From Thermoplasmatota archaeon (GTDB lineage: Archaea; Thermoplasmatota; Penumbrarchaeia; Penumbrarchaeales; Penumbrarchaeaceae), in NCBI GenBank assembly GCA_049472215.1, contig JBLIRH010000007.1, forward strand, positions 1-62,965: a stretch of 62,965 nucleotides of DNA, given 5' to 3'. This document shows positions 16,837-25,765 of this stretch, piece by piece. The notes below the pieces were generated by a model. It saw only the letters and a program-made list of their open reading frames with translations, made no database searches and was not told where the DNA came from. Each line of letters starts with the position of its first letter. The stretch's first letter is position 1. Made by a program: the position numbers and the translations under genes.

Positions 16837-17787
16837 ATGAGGGTCATGGACCTCTTCGGAGGGAGGAAACGGGTACTGACTCCGCTTGGCATTATTAAGA
16901 TGGGCAAGCTACACGACGTTGAGGGACTCGTCGACATACTGGACAAGGTCGACCGGCCGTTGAGGGTGCATGTGCTCGACCAACTCGTGGCCCTTTCCGA
17001 GAAGAACCGCTTCGACCAGATGATGGACGTTGGTGTGATAGGCAAGCTCCTCCTCGTGTTCCAGGAAGGTAGCTGGAACGAGAGGAAGCGGGCGGCACTG
17101 CTCCTATCATCCTTCATACTTCACCAAAGGATACACAGGGTGCTCAAGCATGACTGGACCATGAAGGCCCTGATATCCCAGATGGGGGAGGCAGACGATA
17201 TACTCAGGAAGAACCTCACATACTGCATCTACGAGTTCTGCAGGAGGAACCTCGGGCATCAGGTAGTCTATCACAACGGGATACCGGCTATCGTGGAGAG
17301 CATGAGGTCCGAGGATCCGGATGTCCATTACTGGGCGCTTTACTCCATGTCGTGCATAGCCTCTCTTGGCTACCAGGAACTCATTCTTAGAACGGACCTC
17401 CTGCCCATGTTGAACAGGGACCTCGGATCAATGGACGGCGAGGTCCACTCTCTCGCGGAAATGCTCGTTGACAACATTTACAACTGGAGGGACATGGAAT
17501 CCGAGGCACGGGAGGCCCCTGCAGCGGCCGAGAAAGAAAAGAGGTCCGGGTACGAGGACCTGGGGGTAACGGACGGTTATCACAGACCGGGGACCAGATC
17601 GCAGAGACCGGCATCCGGAAAAGGAAGCAAGCTGACAACCCAGGGGTCCAAGGTAAGGAATGTGAAGGATGATGATGTGGAGGTCATCATGGACCTTGAC
17701 GAGGCCGCTGCTGAAAAGGAGGCCCCCAGGACCGCATACGAGAACCTATCCGAAGATGACGAGGACGATTTCGTAATTGAGATCTGA
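16837..17787 (+). CDS. armadillo-type repeat protein, paralog 2, with acidic C-terminus
   Basis: NGIPAIVESMRSEDPDVHYWALYSMSCIAS matches the importin-alpha/beta-catenin-type ARM consensus. Paralogous to 14288..15490 (DVEGLVDILDKV / DVPGLVEYLDKV; LVDNIYNWRD / LLDDLYNWRE). Confidence 0.65.
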   Translation: MRVMDLFGGRKRVLTPLGIIKMGKLHDVEGLVDILDKVDRPLRVHVLDQLVALSEKNRFDQMMDVGVIGKLLLVFQEGSWNERKRAALLLSSFILHQRIHRVLKHDWTMKALISQMGEADDILRKNLTYCIYEFCRRNLGHQVVYHNGIPAIVESMRSEDPDVHYWALYSMSCIASLGYQELILRTDLLPMLNRDLGSMDGEVHSLAEMLVDNIYNWRDMESEAREAPAAAEKEKRSGYEDLGVTDGYHRPGTRSQRPASGKGSKLTTQGSKVRNVKDDDVEVIMDLDEAAAEKEAPRTAYENLSEDDEDDFVIEI

Positions 17788-17821
17788 AATGAAAGAAGCG
17801 ACTGTTTTCAGATAAAAATAA

Positions 17822-17851
17822 GAAAAAAATGGGGGGCGTCAACCGCCCCCC
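17822..17851 (-). terminator. G/C hairpin plus T-run (minus-strand sense) after the adhesin gene
   Basis: GGGGGGCG (17831..17838) and CGCCCCCC (17844..17851) form a perfect 8-bp stem with a 5-nt loop. The A7 run at 17823..17829 reads as a T-run on the minus strand. The element lies between convergent genes. Confidence 0.5.
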
Positions 17852-17868
17852 TTCGCCGATGTGGAAAT

Positions 17869-20547
17869 TCACTCTATTTCGGGGATGCCGTAATCCTCAT
17901 CCACATCCTCGACCTCGTATTCACCGGTTATGTCCACTTCCTCCTCCTCGTCGTAGAAATCCTCTCCCTCCTCGAGGGGCTCCTCATCCTCGAAGATGGC
18001 GTCGCACTCGGGGCAGGAAGAGACTTCCGCGGGGATGCTCGCACCGCATTCCGGACATTCGAACAGGTCCTGCTCGAACTCGGACTGGCAGTTGGGGCAG
18101 ATCGTATCCTCGGCCTCCACGATGTAACCGCATTCCGGACACATGAACTCGCCCTCGGCATATTCATCATAATACATTGGCTCCTCGCGGCGGCCGGCGA
18201 ACCTGGGCCTGCCCCTTTCCTCCACTTCCTCAGCCGGAGCTTCCCTCGGCCTGTTGAGGAGATAGTAGACGATTATGATGATCAGAAGGACGCCTATGGC
18301 GATAAGGCCAATGATCGGCCACGGTATGTCGGTTTCGTCGTCATCCTCCTTTTCCTTGACCATCCTGATCGGTTCCTGTATTTCCGTTGTCTCCCCGGCC
18401 GTGATGGTGTAATCCTTGGTGTAGGGCTCGTATCCGTTCACGGTTATGGTGAGGGTCCAGACCCCCTCTTCCACATCGATGAACTGGAAACCACCGGTGG
18501 TGTCGGGATTCTTTGTGAGGATGTTCGAGGTCCCGGTTGAAAGCTTTATTGAGACTGCGCTCGGAAGGAACGGGTCCCCGTTCTCATCCAGGACCTTTCC
18601 ATTCAGGATGCCGGTTGTCACAAGCACCTCGGTCTCGAAAGACCAGGTGAAGCCCAGGAAGTCCTTGGACGTATCGACAGCTTCGATATCGGGGTCCAGG
18701 GAGATGGAGTACCTTGTTCCGTAGGCAAGGTCGCTCACCGGATCGAGGTATGCTGTCCTCGTTAGTTCATCATAGGTCACGTCCGCATCGATGGTGACCC
18801 CGCCCTGGGCGAAGATCTGGAAGGTGTCATTGTCTATCGTGTCCACATTCATCTGAACAGGGAAAACGGCCGAAATGACGACGTTGCGGGGAACCTCGTT
18901 CGCATCGTCCAGCGGGAAGAAGGACACAAGCTCGATCTCCTCGATCTGGACCTCCGTGGTGAACGTTGTGAAAACGGTGGAGGGGAAGAAATCCCCGTTC
19001 GTGTCCTGAACCCATGTCTTGACCTCGATCTGGTAGTCCGTATCGTACTCCAGCGGCGGGTCAGGGGTCATCACTACTGTCATGTCGCCGTCCGCGAAGG
19101 AATAGATCACCGTCACTATATCCCCGGTGGAAAGCTTTCTCAGGACAAGGGAGTTCGAGTCGATGGAGCTCCTCATTATTGGTCTTGTGAAGAACACCGA
19201 GATCGAGTCATATATCGGGAAACCCGGTTCCCCGTCCGGAACCGAGAAGGATACCTCGAATGGTATCTCCTCGAGCTGTAGGTCCACCGTATTCCATGTT
19301 CCCTTGACGATCGTGGTATTTTCGACGTCGTCCTGATAGCCGGAGAATGAGGCGGTCACCGTAGCGTTGCCGGCAGGGATCTCCTCGAACTCGTAGTAGC
19401 CCTCGGTGTTCGTGGTTGCCGTGTATACGGGTGCGTCAACGATCTCGACGTCGATGATGGCGCCTATGGCGGCCGATCCGTTGGGCAGAAGAACGGTCCC
19501 CCGGAGGCCTCCGGCCTCCAGCATATCCAGGGATGCATTCACGAACTGGGTCTCGCCGGCGACAACCACGACAGTGGTCACGAAACCGGCCATCCACATC
19601 TTCATGAACTCGATGGAATAGCTGCCATCCGGGACGTCGTAGAACTCGTATTTTCCCTCCGCATCGGTGGTCGTCTTGGTGACGGGGCTTGTTGAGACCG
19701 TCACATCCACCCCCGGGACAGGGGATCCGCCAGAGGTGACGGTTCCCTCGATAACTGGAGGATTCGCGATGTTGAAACTGACCGTATCTACATTGTTCTC
19801 CTCATTGTAGGTATCGTAGAAAACACTGAATGTCGCCTCGTACGGACCCGAACTGTTCGGGGTCCATGAAGGGAATATTATAGGCCAATATTTTCCCGGG
19901 GCGACCGGCGGGGAGGCAGGGTTCAGGATCTCCATGCTCTCGTCGTAGACTGTATTGGAAACGGTCCCTACAGTTTCGATCAACAGGTTGATGTTCACTG
20001 TATCCGCGAACTCATCGACATTGCCGTCGAGCGAGACGTTGCAGATCGGAACCATCGCTTCGTTGAGAGGATAGGTCGCATCCTCCTCGAACTCCACGTT
20101 CATTATGCTGAAATCGACCACATCCATGATATCGAATGTTTCCCCGGCCGCCGTATCCTGCAATCCGATGGTGGCGTTCACGTCGACATCGAACTGCCCC
20201 TCCTCGAAGTAGACCCCGACCAGGTCGACCGTGGCGGTGGAGCCGTCCGCGATGAAAACGACCTTGTTCATCATTTCGTAGTGGTAGACCGTCCCGTTGG
20301 ATGAATAGGTGATGTTCAGGTGGAAATCCACGAAATCCATGAAATCCTCGTCCCCGGTATTGTTCAGTTCGATGGATACCATATGAGGTCCGACGGCATA
20401 TTCCCCGCCCTCAGCCATGGGGCCGTCGATGAAGACCATCATGATCTCCGCGTTCATAGCCCTGGTTGGGTCAGCCTGAACCGATAACGGAACAACGGCC
20501 GCTAGAAGTACGAATGCCACTAAGAAAAGACCAAACCTTTTATCCAT
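17869..20547 (-). CDS. large surface protein (892 aa): signal peptide, CarboxypepD_reg-like and Ig-like modules, one TM, cytoplasmic double zinc ribbon plus acidic tail
   Basis: Signal peptide (LFLVAFVLLAAVVPLSVQA). Three modules like GTVTSGGSPVPGVDVTV...DAEGKYEFYDVPDGSYSIEF. TM helix IPWPIIGLIAIGVLLIIIIVYYLL. Tail motifs CPECG..CPNC and CPECG..CPEC, then a D/E-rich C-terminal end. Confidence 0.85.
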   Translation of the reverse strand: MDKRFGLFLVAFVLLAAVVPLSVQADPTRAMNAEIMMVFIDGPMAEGGEYAVGPHMVSIELNNTGDEDFMDFVDFHLNITYSSNGTVYHYEMMNKVVFIADGSTATVDLVGVYFEEGQFDVDVNATIGLQDTAAGETFDIMDVVDFSIMNVEFEEDATYPLNEAMVPICNVSLDGNVDEFADTVNINLLIETVGTVSNTVYDESMEILNPASPPVAPGKYWPIIFPSWTPNSSGPYEATFSVFYDTYNEENNVDTVSFNIANPPVIEGTVTSGGSPVPGVDVTVSTSPVTKTTTDAEGKYEFYDVPDGSYSIEFMKMWMAGFVTTVVVVAGETQFVNASLDMLEAGGLRGTVLLPNGSAAIGAIIDVEIVDAPVYTATTNTEGYYEFEEIPAGNATVTASFSGYQDDVENTTIVKGTWNTVDLQLEEIPFEVSFSVPDGEPGFPIYDSISVFFTRPIMRSSIDSNSLVLRKLSTGDIVTVIYSFADGDMTVVMTPDPPLEYDTDYQIEVKTWVQDTNGDFFPSTVFTTFTTEVQIEEIELVSFFPLDDANEVPRNVVISAVFPVQMNVDTIDNDTFQIFAQGGVTIDADVTYDELTRTAYLDPVSDLAYGTRYSISLDPDIEAVDTSKDFLGFTWSFETEVLVTTGILNGKVLDENGDPFLPSAVSIKLSTGTSNILTKNPDTTGGFQFIDVEEGVWTLTITVNGYEPYTKDYTITAGETTEIQEPIRMVKEKEDDDETDIPWPIIGLIAIGVLLIIIIVYYLLNRPREAPAEEVEERGRPRFAGRREEPMYYDEYAEGEFMCPECGYIVEAEDTICPNCQSEFEQDLFECPECGASIPAEVSSCPECDAIFEDEEPLEEGEDFYDEEEEVDITGEYEVEDVDEDYGIPEIE

Positions 20548-20702
20548 TTTCTGCCCTCCCGTTTCCTCGAGCGTCCTAGGGAGTATTTTCGGTGCAGCTA
20601 CATCCCCAGCGTTAGCCCGTCAATTTGACTGCGCTGTGTCGGAAATGGATGTACAATTATTTATTATATTCTAACTCGGGGCAAAAACCCGGGGATATCC
20701 AA

Positions 20703-20730
20703 GGGAATAATAATTTTTTTTAATATTCCC
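20703..20730. promoter_or_regulatory. 7-bp inverted repeat GGGAATA-N14-TATTCCC spanning an A/T-rich TATA-like core upstream of hypB
   Basis: GGGAATA at 20703..20709 and TATTCCC at 20724..20730, 60-87 nt upstream of the hypB ATG, in the divergent intergenic region. Confidence 0.3.
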
Positions 20731-20789
20731 TCTGTTCGCCATCTCTGTTAAATAATCGAATTCCATAGGACCCCGAAAGGGTCGATAAC

Positions 20790-21443
20790 ATGCATCAACT
20801 GGTAACGGTGGATATGGAAAGGGACCTCCTCGAGGCGAACCGGAAACTTGCCGCGGAGAACAGGACACTGTTGAGGAAAAAGGGGGTCCGGTCCGTGGAC
20901 CTGATGGGATCCATCGGGTCCGGGAAGACCCTGCTTATCGAGAAGCTCTCTCTTCTGCTGAAGAAGAGGGGATTGAGACCCGGCGTGATAACGGGGGATG
21001 TTGCGGGGGACGACGACCATAGGAGGGTCCTCGCCCTTGGCGTTCCTGCGGTAAACGTGAACACCGGAAAGGAGTGCCATATAGATGCACATCTCGCGGA
21101 GCATGCCATCGAGGACCTGGACCTGGATTCCATCGACGTGCTTTTCATCGAGAACGTCGGGAACCTCGTATGCCCGGCAGATTTCCCACTGGGGACCGAT
21201 AAAAGGGTCGTTATCATCTCTGTCACAGAAGGGGACGATATGATCAGGAAACACCCGATGATATTCAGGGAGGCCGATGTCATCGTCATCAACAAATCGG
21301 ACCTTGCGGAGGTAATGGAGGTGGACATCGGGTCATTGAAGAGCGATGCGAACACCGTGAAACCCAACTCCAGGATAGTCGTCACCGATGCCAAGCATGG
21401 TGTGGGTATCCAGGAGCTCGCGGAGGCAATGGGCCTCCTGTGA
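20790..21443 (+). CDS. hypB: hydrogenase nickel-incorporation GTPase HypB
   Basis: P-loop GSIGSGKTLLIEKL, ENVGNLVCPADF, and INKSDL (SIMIBI G3E family). Confidence 0.92.
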   Translation: MHQLVTVDMERDLLEANRKLAAENRTLLRKKGVRSVDLMGSIGSGKTLLIEKLSLLLKKRGLRPGVITGDVAGDDDHRRVLALGVPAVNVNTGKECHIDAHLAEHAIEDLDLDSIDVLFIENVGNLVCPADFPLGTDKRVVIISVTEGDDMIRKHPMIFREADVIVINKSDLAEVMEVDIGSLKSDANTVKPNSRIVVTDAKHGVGIQELAEAMGLL

Positions 21444-21459
21444 GGTCCGCGGAGGTCCG

Positions 21460-23799
21460 ATGTGGGCCATCAGATTGACCGGGGTCGTCCAGGGGGTCGG
21501 TTTCAGGCCCGCTGTCGCGAGGACCGCAATGAGAATAGGGGCAAGGGGGTTCGTTCGCAACGACGGTTCCCATGTCACCATTGCGACCGATTCCGAGCCA
21601 TCCTTCTTCCTTGAAGAGCTGAAAAAGGATCTCGGACCGATGGCCAGGATAGAGGGGGTCTCCTTCGATAAGATGGAATGGACAGACATCGGGATCGATC
21701 CGCCGAACGATTTCCGGATCGTCGTGTCCACCGAAGGAGAGAGGGATTCATCCCTTCCCTATGATACGGCCATCTGCGACAGATGTCTGCAGGAAATGCT
21801 GGACCCGGAGAACAGAAGGCACCGTCACCCGTTCACGAACTGCACGGACTGCGGTGCGAGGTATACGTTGATAGATTCGCTCCCGTACGACAGGGAAAGG
21901 ACGTCGATGGGTGCATTCCCACTTTGTACTGACTGTTCGAAGGAATACTCCGATCACACCTTCAGAAGGTTCCATGCACAGACCCTGTCCTGCGCCTCGG
22001 ACGGGCCCTCGTATCGCTTCCTGGACAATGATCTCAAGGAAAGAAGCGAAGGTTGGGAAGCGTTCAGGGACTGCGCCTCGGCCATAGCCGATGGAAAGCT
22101 CCTGATCGTGAAGGGATGGGGGGGCATGCACATAGTCTCAGATCCCCAGAAGCTGAAAGCCCTCAGGGAATGGTACGGGAGGCCTTTCAAACCATTTGCC
22201 CTCATGGCAAGGGATATCGAGACCGTAAGAGAACTTGCCCTTGTCGACCGGAACGACGAGGAGCTGATCTCCTCTCCCGCAAGGCCCATCGTTCTTCTGA
22301 GGAAGCGGGAGGACGCTCCGGAATGGGCCAAGGAAGCTCTGGAGGAAGCCTCGCCCGGCCTGGGTAACGTTGGAATCTATCTCCCCTACTCCGGGATCCA
22401 CCACCTGCTTTTCAGGGCACTGAGCGATATCGGGTCGGACCTGAGATGGTTCGTAATGACCTCCGCCAATCCCCCCGGGGAGCCAATGGCCCTCGAGATC
22501 GAGGATGCCGCCAAGATGAAGGCGGACGGTTATTTCGTCCATGACCGGAGGATCTCAGCAAGATGCGATGATTCCGTCGTAGTGCCCCTGCCTGTTTATG
22601 ACAAGGTCAGGGCCGGTGAGGGGCCATTTCGATCAAAGGCGCTCCCGATCAGAAAGGCCAGGGGGATGGTCCCCGATCCGCTGGACCTCCCGCATCGGGG
22701 GACCTTCCTCGGAGTGGGCGCGGAAAGGAACGTATCCATCACAGTATCCAGATCGGGACGTGCTTTCACGAGCCCCTACATAGGGAATTCAAGGCACCCT
22801 TCCGTCCTGGATTACCTGGACCTCTCCGCAAAACGGTTCATGTACCTTTTCGGTGCGGAGGACATCGAGGCAGTCGTGGTCGACAAGCACCCCCGTTACA
22901 CTTCAAGGAGATGGGGGATCGACCTCGCGGAAGATCGGGGGATACCGTTCATCGAGGTCCAGCACCACCACGCCCATGCCGCCTCACTTATGGTGGACGC
23001 GGGGGTCGAACAGATGACGACCGTCACGGTGGACGGGGTTGGTTACGGCGATGACGGCACTCCATGGGGCGGAGAGGTCATCTTCACCGACAGGGAAAAA
23101 TATGTCAGGGTCGGGCAGCTGGAACCCTTCGGGATACCGGCCGGAGACGGCGCAGCATACCATCCTGAAAGGATCGCCTTCTGGCTCTCGCAGGAGGTGG
23201 GGCATCACTTCGACCTCGGTGACCAGAGGTCAATGGAGGTCCTTGCGAACTCGCACCACAGGACCCCGATGACCAGCTCTCTCGGAAGGGTCCTGGACGC
23301 ATTGTCAGCCCTTATGCTGGGAGTCACCTGGAGGACCTATGATGGAGAACCGGCGATGCGCCTGGAGAGGCTGCTCTCCAGTTCCAGGTCCCCGAGATAT
23401 GACCTGTTCGAGAGCGAGAGACCCGACTATGAGGTGAGCGTCATGGACCGGTGGAAGACGCTTTTGGAAGAATCATCCAGATCGACCGGGGGAGAGATCG
23501 GACCGGGCATGGACATCGAATATCACCACCGGGCGGACCTTGCAATGGGATTCGTCGGCTCCATCGTTGACGACCTGGTCAAGATCGCTGCCTCGACGGA
23601 GACTATGCACGATGAGGCCGATAGACCTGTCATCGGTCTATCCGGGGGTGTCTCGTACAACGTTCCCATCGTCAAGAGGTTCGTTGAGACCTGCCTGGAA
23701 TTGGGGGTTGAACCGGTTCTCCATTCCAGGGTGCCTCCAGGAGACGGAGGGATATCCGTCGGACAGGTCTACCTTGCAGGCCTTATTGATGGGCGTTGA
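21460..23799 (+). CDS. hypF: [NiFe]-hydrogenase maturation carbamoyltransferase HypF
   Basis: Acylphosphatase-like N-terminus (LTGVVQGVGFRPAVARTA). Zinc fingers (CDRCLQE...NCTDCGARYT...CTDCSKEY), RRFHAQ, and YrdC/Kae1-like C-terminal domains. ATG 21460 is preceded by GGAGG. The track start 21388 overlaps hypB. Confidence 0.93.
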   Translation: MWAIRLTGVVQGVGFRPAVARTAMRIGARGFVRNDGSHVTIATDSEPSFFLEELKKDLGPMARIEGVSFDKMEWTDIGIDPPNDFRIVVSTEGERDSSLPYDTAICDRCLQEMLDPENRRHRHPFTNCTDCGARYTLIDSLPYDRERTSMGAFPLCTDCSKEYSDHTFRRFHAQTLSCASDGPSYRFLDNDLKERSEGWEAFRDCASAIADGKLLIVKGWGGMHIVSDPQKLKALREWYGRPFKPFALMARDIETVRELALVDRNDEELISSPARPIVLLRKREDAPEWAKEALEEASPGLGNVGIYLPYSGIHHLLFRALSDIGSDLRWFVMTSANPPGEPMALEIEDAAKMKADGYFVHDRRISARCDDSVVVPLPVYDKVRAGEGPFRSKALPIRKARGMVPDPLDLPHRGTFLGVGAERNVSITVSRSGRAFTSPYIGNSRHPSVLDYLDLSAKRFMYLFGAEDIEAVVVDKHPRYTSRRWGIDLAEDRGIPFIEVQHHHAHAASLMVDAGVEQMTTVTVDGVGYGDDGTPWGGEVIFTDREKYVRVGQLEPFGIPAGDGAAYHPERIAFWLSQEVGHHFDLGDQRSMEVLANSHHRTPMTSSLGRVLDALSALMLGVTWRTYDGEPAMRLERLLSSSRSPRYDLFESERPDYEVSVMDRWKTLLEESSRSTGGEIGPGMDIEYHHRADLAMGFVGSIVDDLVKIAASTETMHDEADRPVIGLSGGVSYNVPIVKRFVETCLELGVEPVLHSRVPPGDGGISVGQVYLAGLIDGR

Positions 23800-23853
23800 T
23801 CCGACCGCCCGGTGCCAAAAACCTGATAAACAACTTAGAGGGTGGGGGAGCCC

Positions 23854-24090
23854 ATGTGCCTTGCGATCCCTGGACAGGTAGTCGAGCTCAAGGAAGACCA
23901 CATGGCGGTCGTTGACTACGGAGGTACGAGAAGGGAGGCGAACGTGATGTACGTTCAACCCAAGCTGGGGGACTGGGTAGTGGTCCATGCAGGCTTTGCA
24001 CTTCAGATCCTCGACGAGGAGGAGGCGATGGAGACTCTTGCCCTCTGGGATGAGGCATTGGAGATATTCGAACGCGAGACGGCAGGTTAG
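23854..24090 (+). CDS. hypC: hydrogenase assembly chaperone HypC
   Basis: The obligatory N-terminal MCLAIPG motif fixes the start at 23854. 78 aa. Confidence 0.9.
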   Translation: MCLAIPGQVVELKEDHMAVVDYGGTRREANVMYVQPKLGDWVVVHAGFALQILDEEEAMETLALWDEALEIFERETAG

Positions 24091-24101
24091 GGGTTGTCGG
24101 G

Positions 24102-24497
24102 TTGCACGAACTCCAGATTGCATCGAACTTGATGAACGCGGTCCTCGAGGCGGTGAAGGAGCATCCGAATACCACAAGGGTCGAGAAGGTCCATCTCTCC
24201 ATAGGCCGTTTGTCCTTCGTGGGAGAGGAGCAGCTTCGGTTCTGCTGGGGGGCCATCACAGAAGAGAGAGAGCTCCTCAAGGGCTCTGAACTTGTCATAG
24301 GGGAGGAGGGGGTCGAGATCTCCTGCGGGTCCTGCGGCTATGTCGGGGACATGGAGGTCAAGGAGGACCCGGTCTATCATTTTCTCATGCCGGTCTTCGC
24401 CTGCCCGGAATGCGGCGGGGAGGTCGAGATAACCAGGGGAAAAGGAGTGACCATAACCAATGTCCGGCTCATGATCGACGACGGGGAGGAAGTATGA
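24102..24497 (+). CDS. hypA: hydrogenase nickel insertion protein HypA
   Basis: N-terminal (M)HELQIA (Ni site) and zinc site CGSCGY...CPECGG. Apparent TTG start at 24102. Confidence 0.88.
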   Translation: MHELQIASNLMNAVLEAVKEHPNTTRVEKVHLSIGRLSFVGEEQLRFCWGAITEERELLKGSELVIGEEGVEISCGSCGYVGDMEVKEDPVYHFLMPVFACPECGGEVEITRGKGVTITNVRLMIDDGEEV

Positions 24498-25591
24498 TGG
24501 AGAGGTTCAAGCTCCGCGACAGCGAGGTGGCAACGAAGGCGCTCAAAGCCATCAAAGAGATCGGCATGGACCTCATGGTGATGCATGTATGCGGCACCCA
24601 CCAGGATACACTGGTCCGGTTCGGACTGGAGCCTCTCCTCAATGAAGCAGGGATCAAGATCAGGCAGGGACCCGGATGTCCAGTATGCGTTACCACCGGT
24701 GAGGAGATCGAGCTGGCGGTCCAGCTTGCACTTTCGGGGAAGATCGTCACATCGTTCGGGGACATGGTGAAGGTTCCCGGGAAGGATATGACCCTTGCGG
24801 ATGCAAGGTCCAGGGGAGGGGACGTGAGGATAGTCTATTCCCCGGATGACGCCTTGAAAATTGCCCGGGAGAACCCTGACCGGGAGGTCGTCTTCCTCGG
24901 CATCGGGTTCGAGACCACCGCACCGACAACATCATCCCTTCTCCTTCGGGACAAGACCCCCGAGAACCTTTCCATTCTATCCTACCACCGTACCGTTCCC
25001 CCTGCGCTCAAGTTCATCGCGGATGCGGGGGAGATCAAGCTTGACGGATTGATCGAGCCCGGACATGTATCCATGGTCATCGGGGTAGAGCCCTACCGGT
25101 TCCTTTCAAGGGACTACGGCGTCCCGCAGGTGATCGCGGGTTTCGAACCCCTTGATCTGTTGATGGCATGCCTGGACATCGCCCGGCAGAGGTCAGAGGG
25201 ACGTTCGGAGCTTACAAATCTCTACAGCAGGGTCGTCAGACCAGAGGGGAACACCGCTGCCCTAAAGGCAATGGAGGAGACCTTCGAGGTATCCGATGTG
25301 AAATGGAGGGGATTCCCCGTGATCCCCGGGTCGGGGCTCGCGATCTCAAAACGGTACCAGGACCATGATACCCGAAAGAGGTTCGAGGACGAGCTAGAAG
25401 ATATCTTCGACCTGGAGCTTCCCGAACCGGCCGGATGCAGGTGCGGCGAGGTCCTCAGGGGGCTCGTGGAGCCGATGGACTGTCCGCTGTTCGGAAAGGC
25501 CTGCGAGCCGAACTCTCCCATCGGCCCGTGCATGGTCTCGAGAGAAGGGTCCTGCAACATACTGTTCCGTTGGGGAAGGGACCCCCTTTAG
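24494..25591 (+). CDS. hypD: hydrogenase maturation factor HypD
   Basis: MHVCGTHQD, GPGCPVCV, FETTAP, and the C-terminal Cys-rich Fe-S motif CxxxxxC...C. ATGA overlap with the hypA stop. Confidence 0.93.
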   Translation: MMERFKLRDSEVATKALKAIKEIGMDLMVMHVCGTHQDTLVRFGLEPLLNEAGIKIRQGPGCPVCVTTGEEIELAVQLALSGKIVTSFGDMVKVPGKDMTLADARSRGGDVRIVYSPDDALKIARENPDREVVFLGIGFETTAPTTSSLLLRDKTPENLSILSYHRTVPPALKFIADAGEIKLDGLIEPGHVSMVIGVEPYRFLSRDYGVPQVIAGFEPLDLLMACLDIARQRSEGRSELTNLYSRVVRPEGNTAALKAMEETFEVSDVKWRGFPVIPGSGLAISKRYQDHDTRKRFEDELEDIFDLELPEPAGCRCGEVLRGLVEPMDCPLFGKACEPNSPIGPCMVSREGSCNILFRWGRDPL

Positions 25592-25765
25592 GCCGTTTCG
25601 AAACTTTCGGTCCTTCACACGACTATGTCGTGTTGGCCTATCCATGCACTTTTGTTGCGCCGCCCCCCCTCATTAATCTTGATATAGACCGAGCCCCGGT
25701 GTGGTCATTTGCTGCCGCAGTTCCGTTGGCGGCGGCATTAAAACAGACAAACGGAGGAATGTAAA

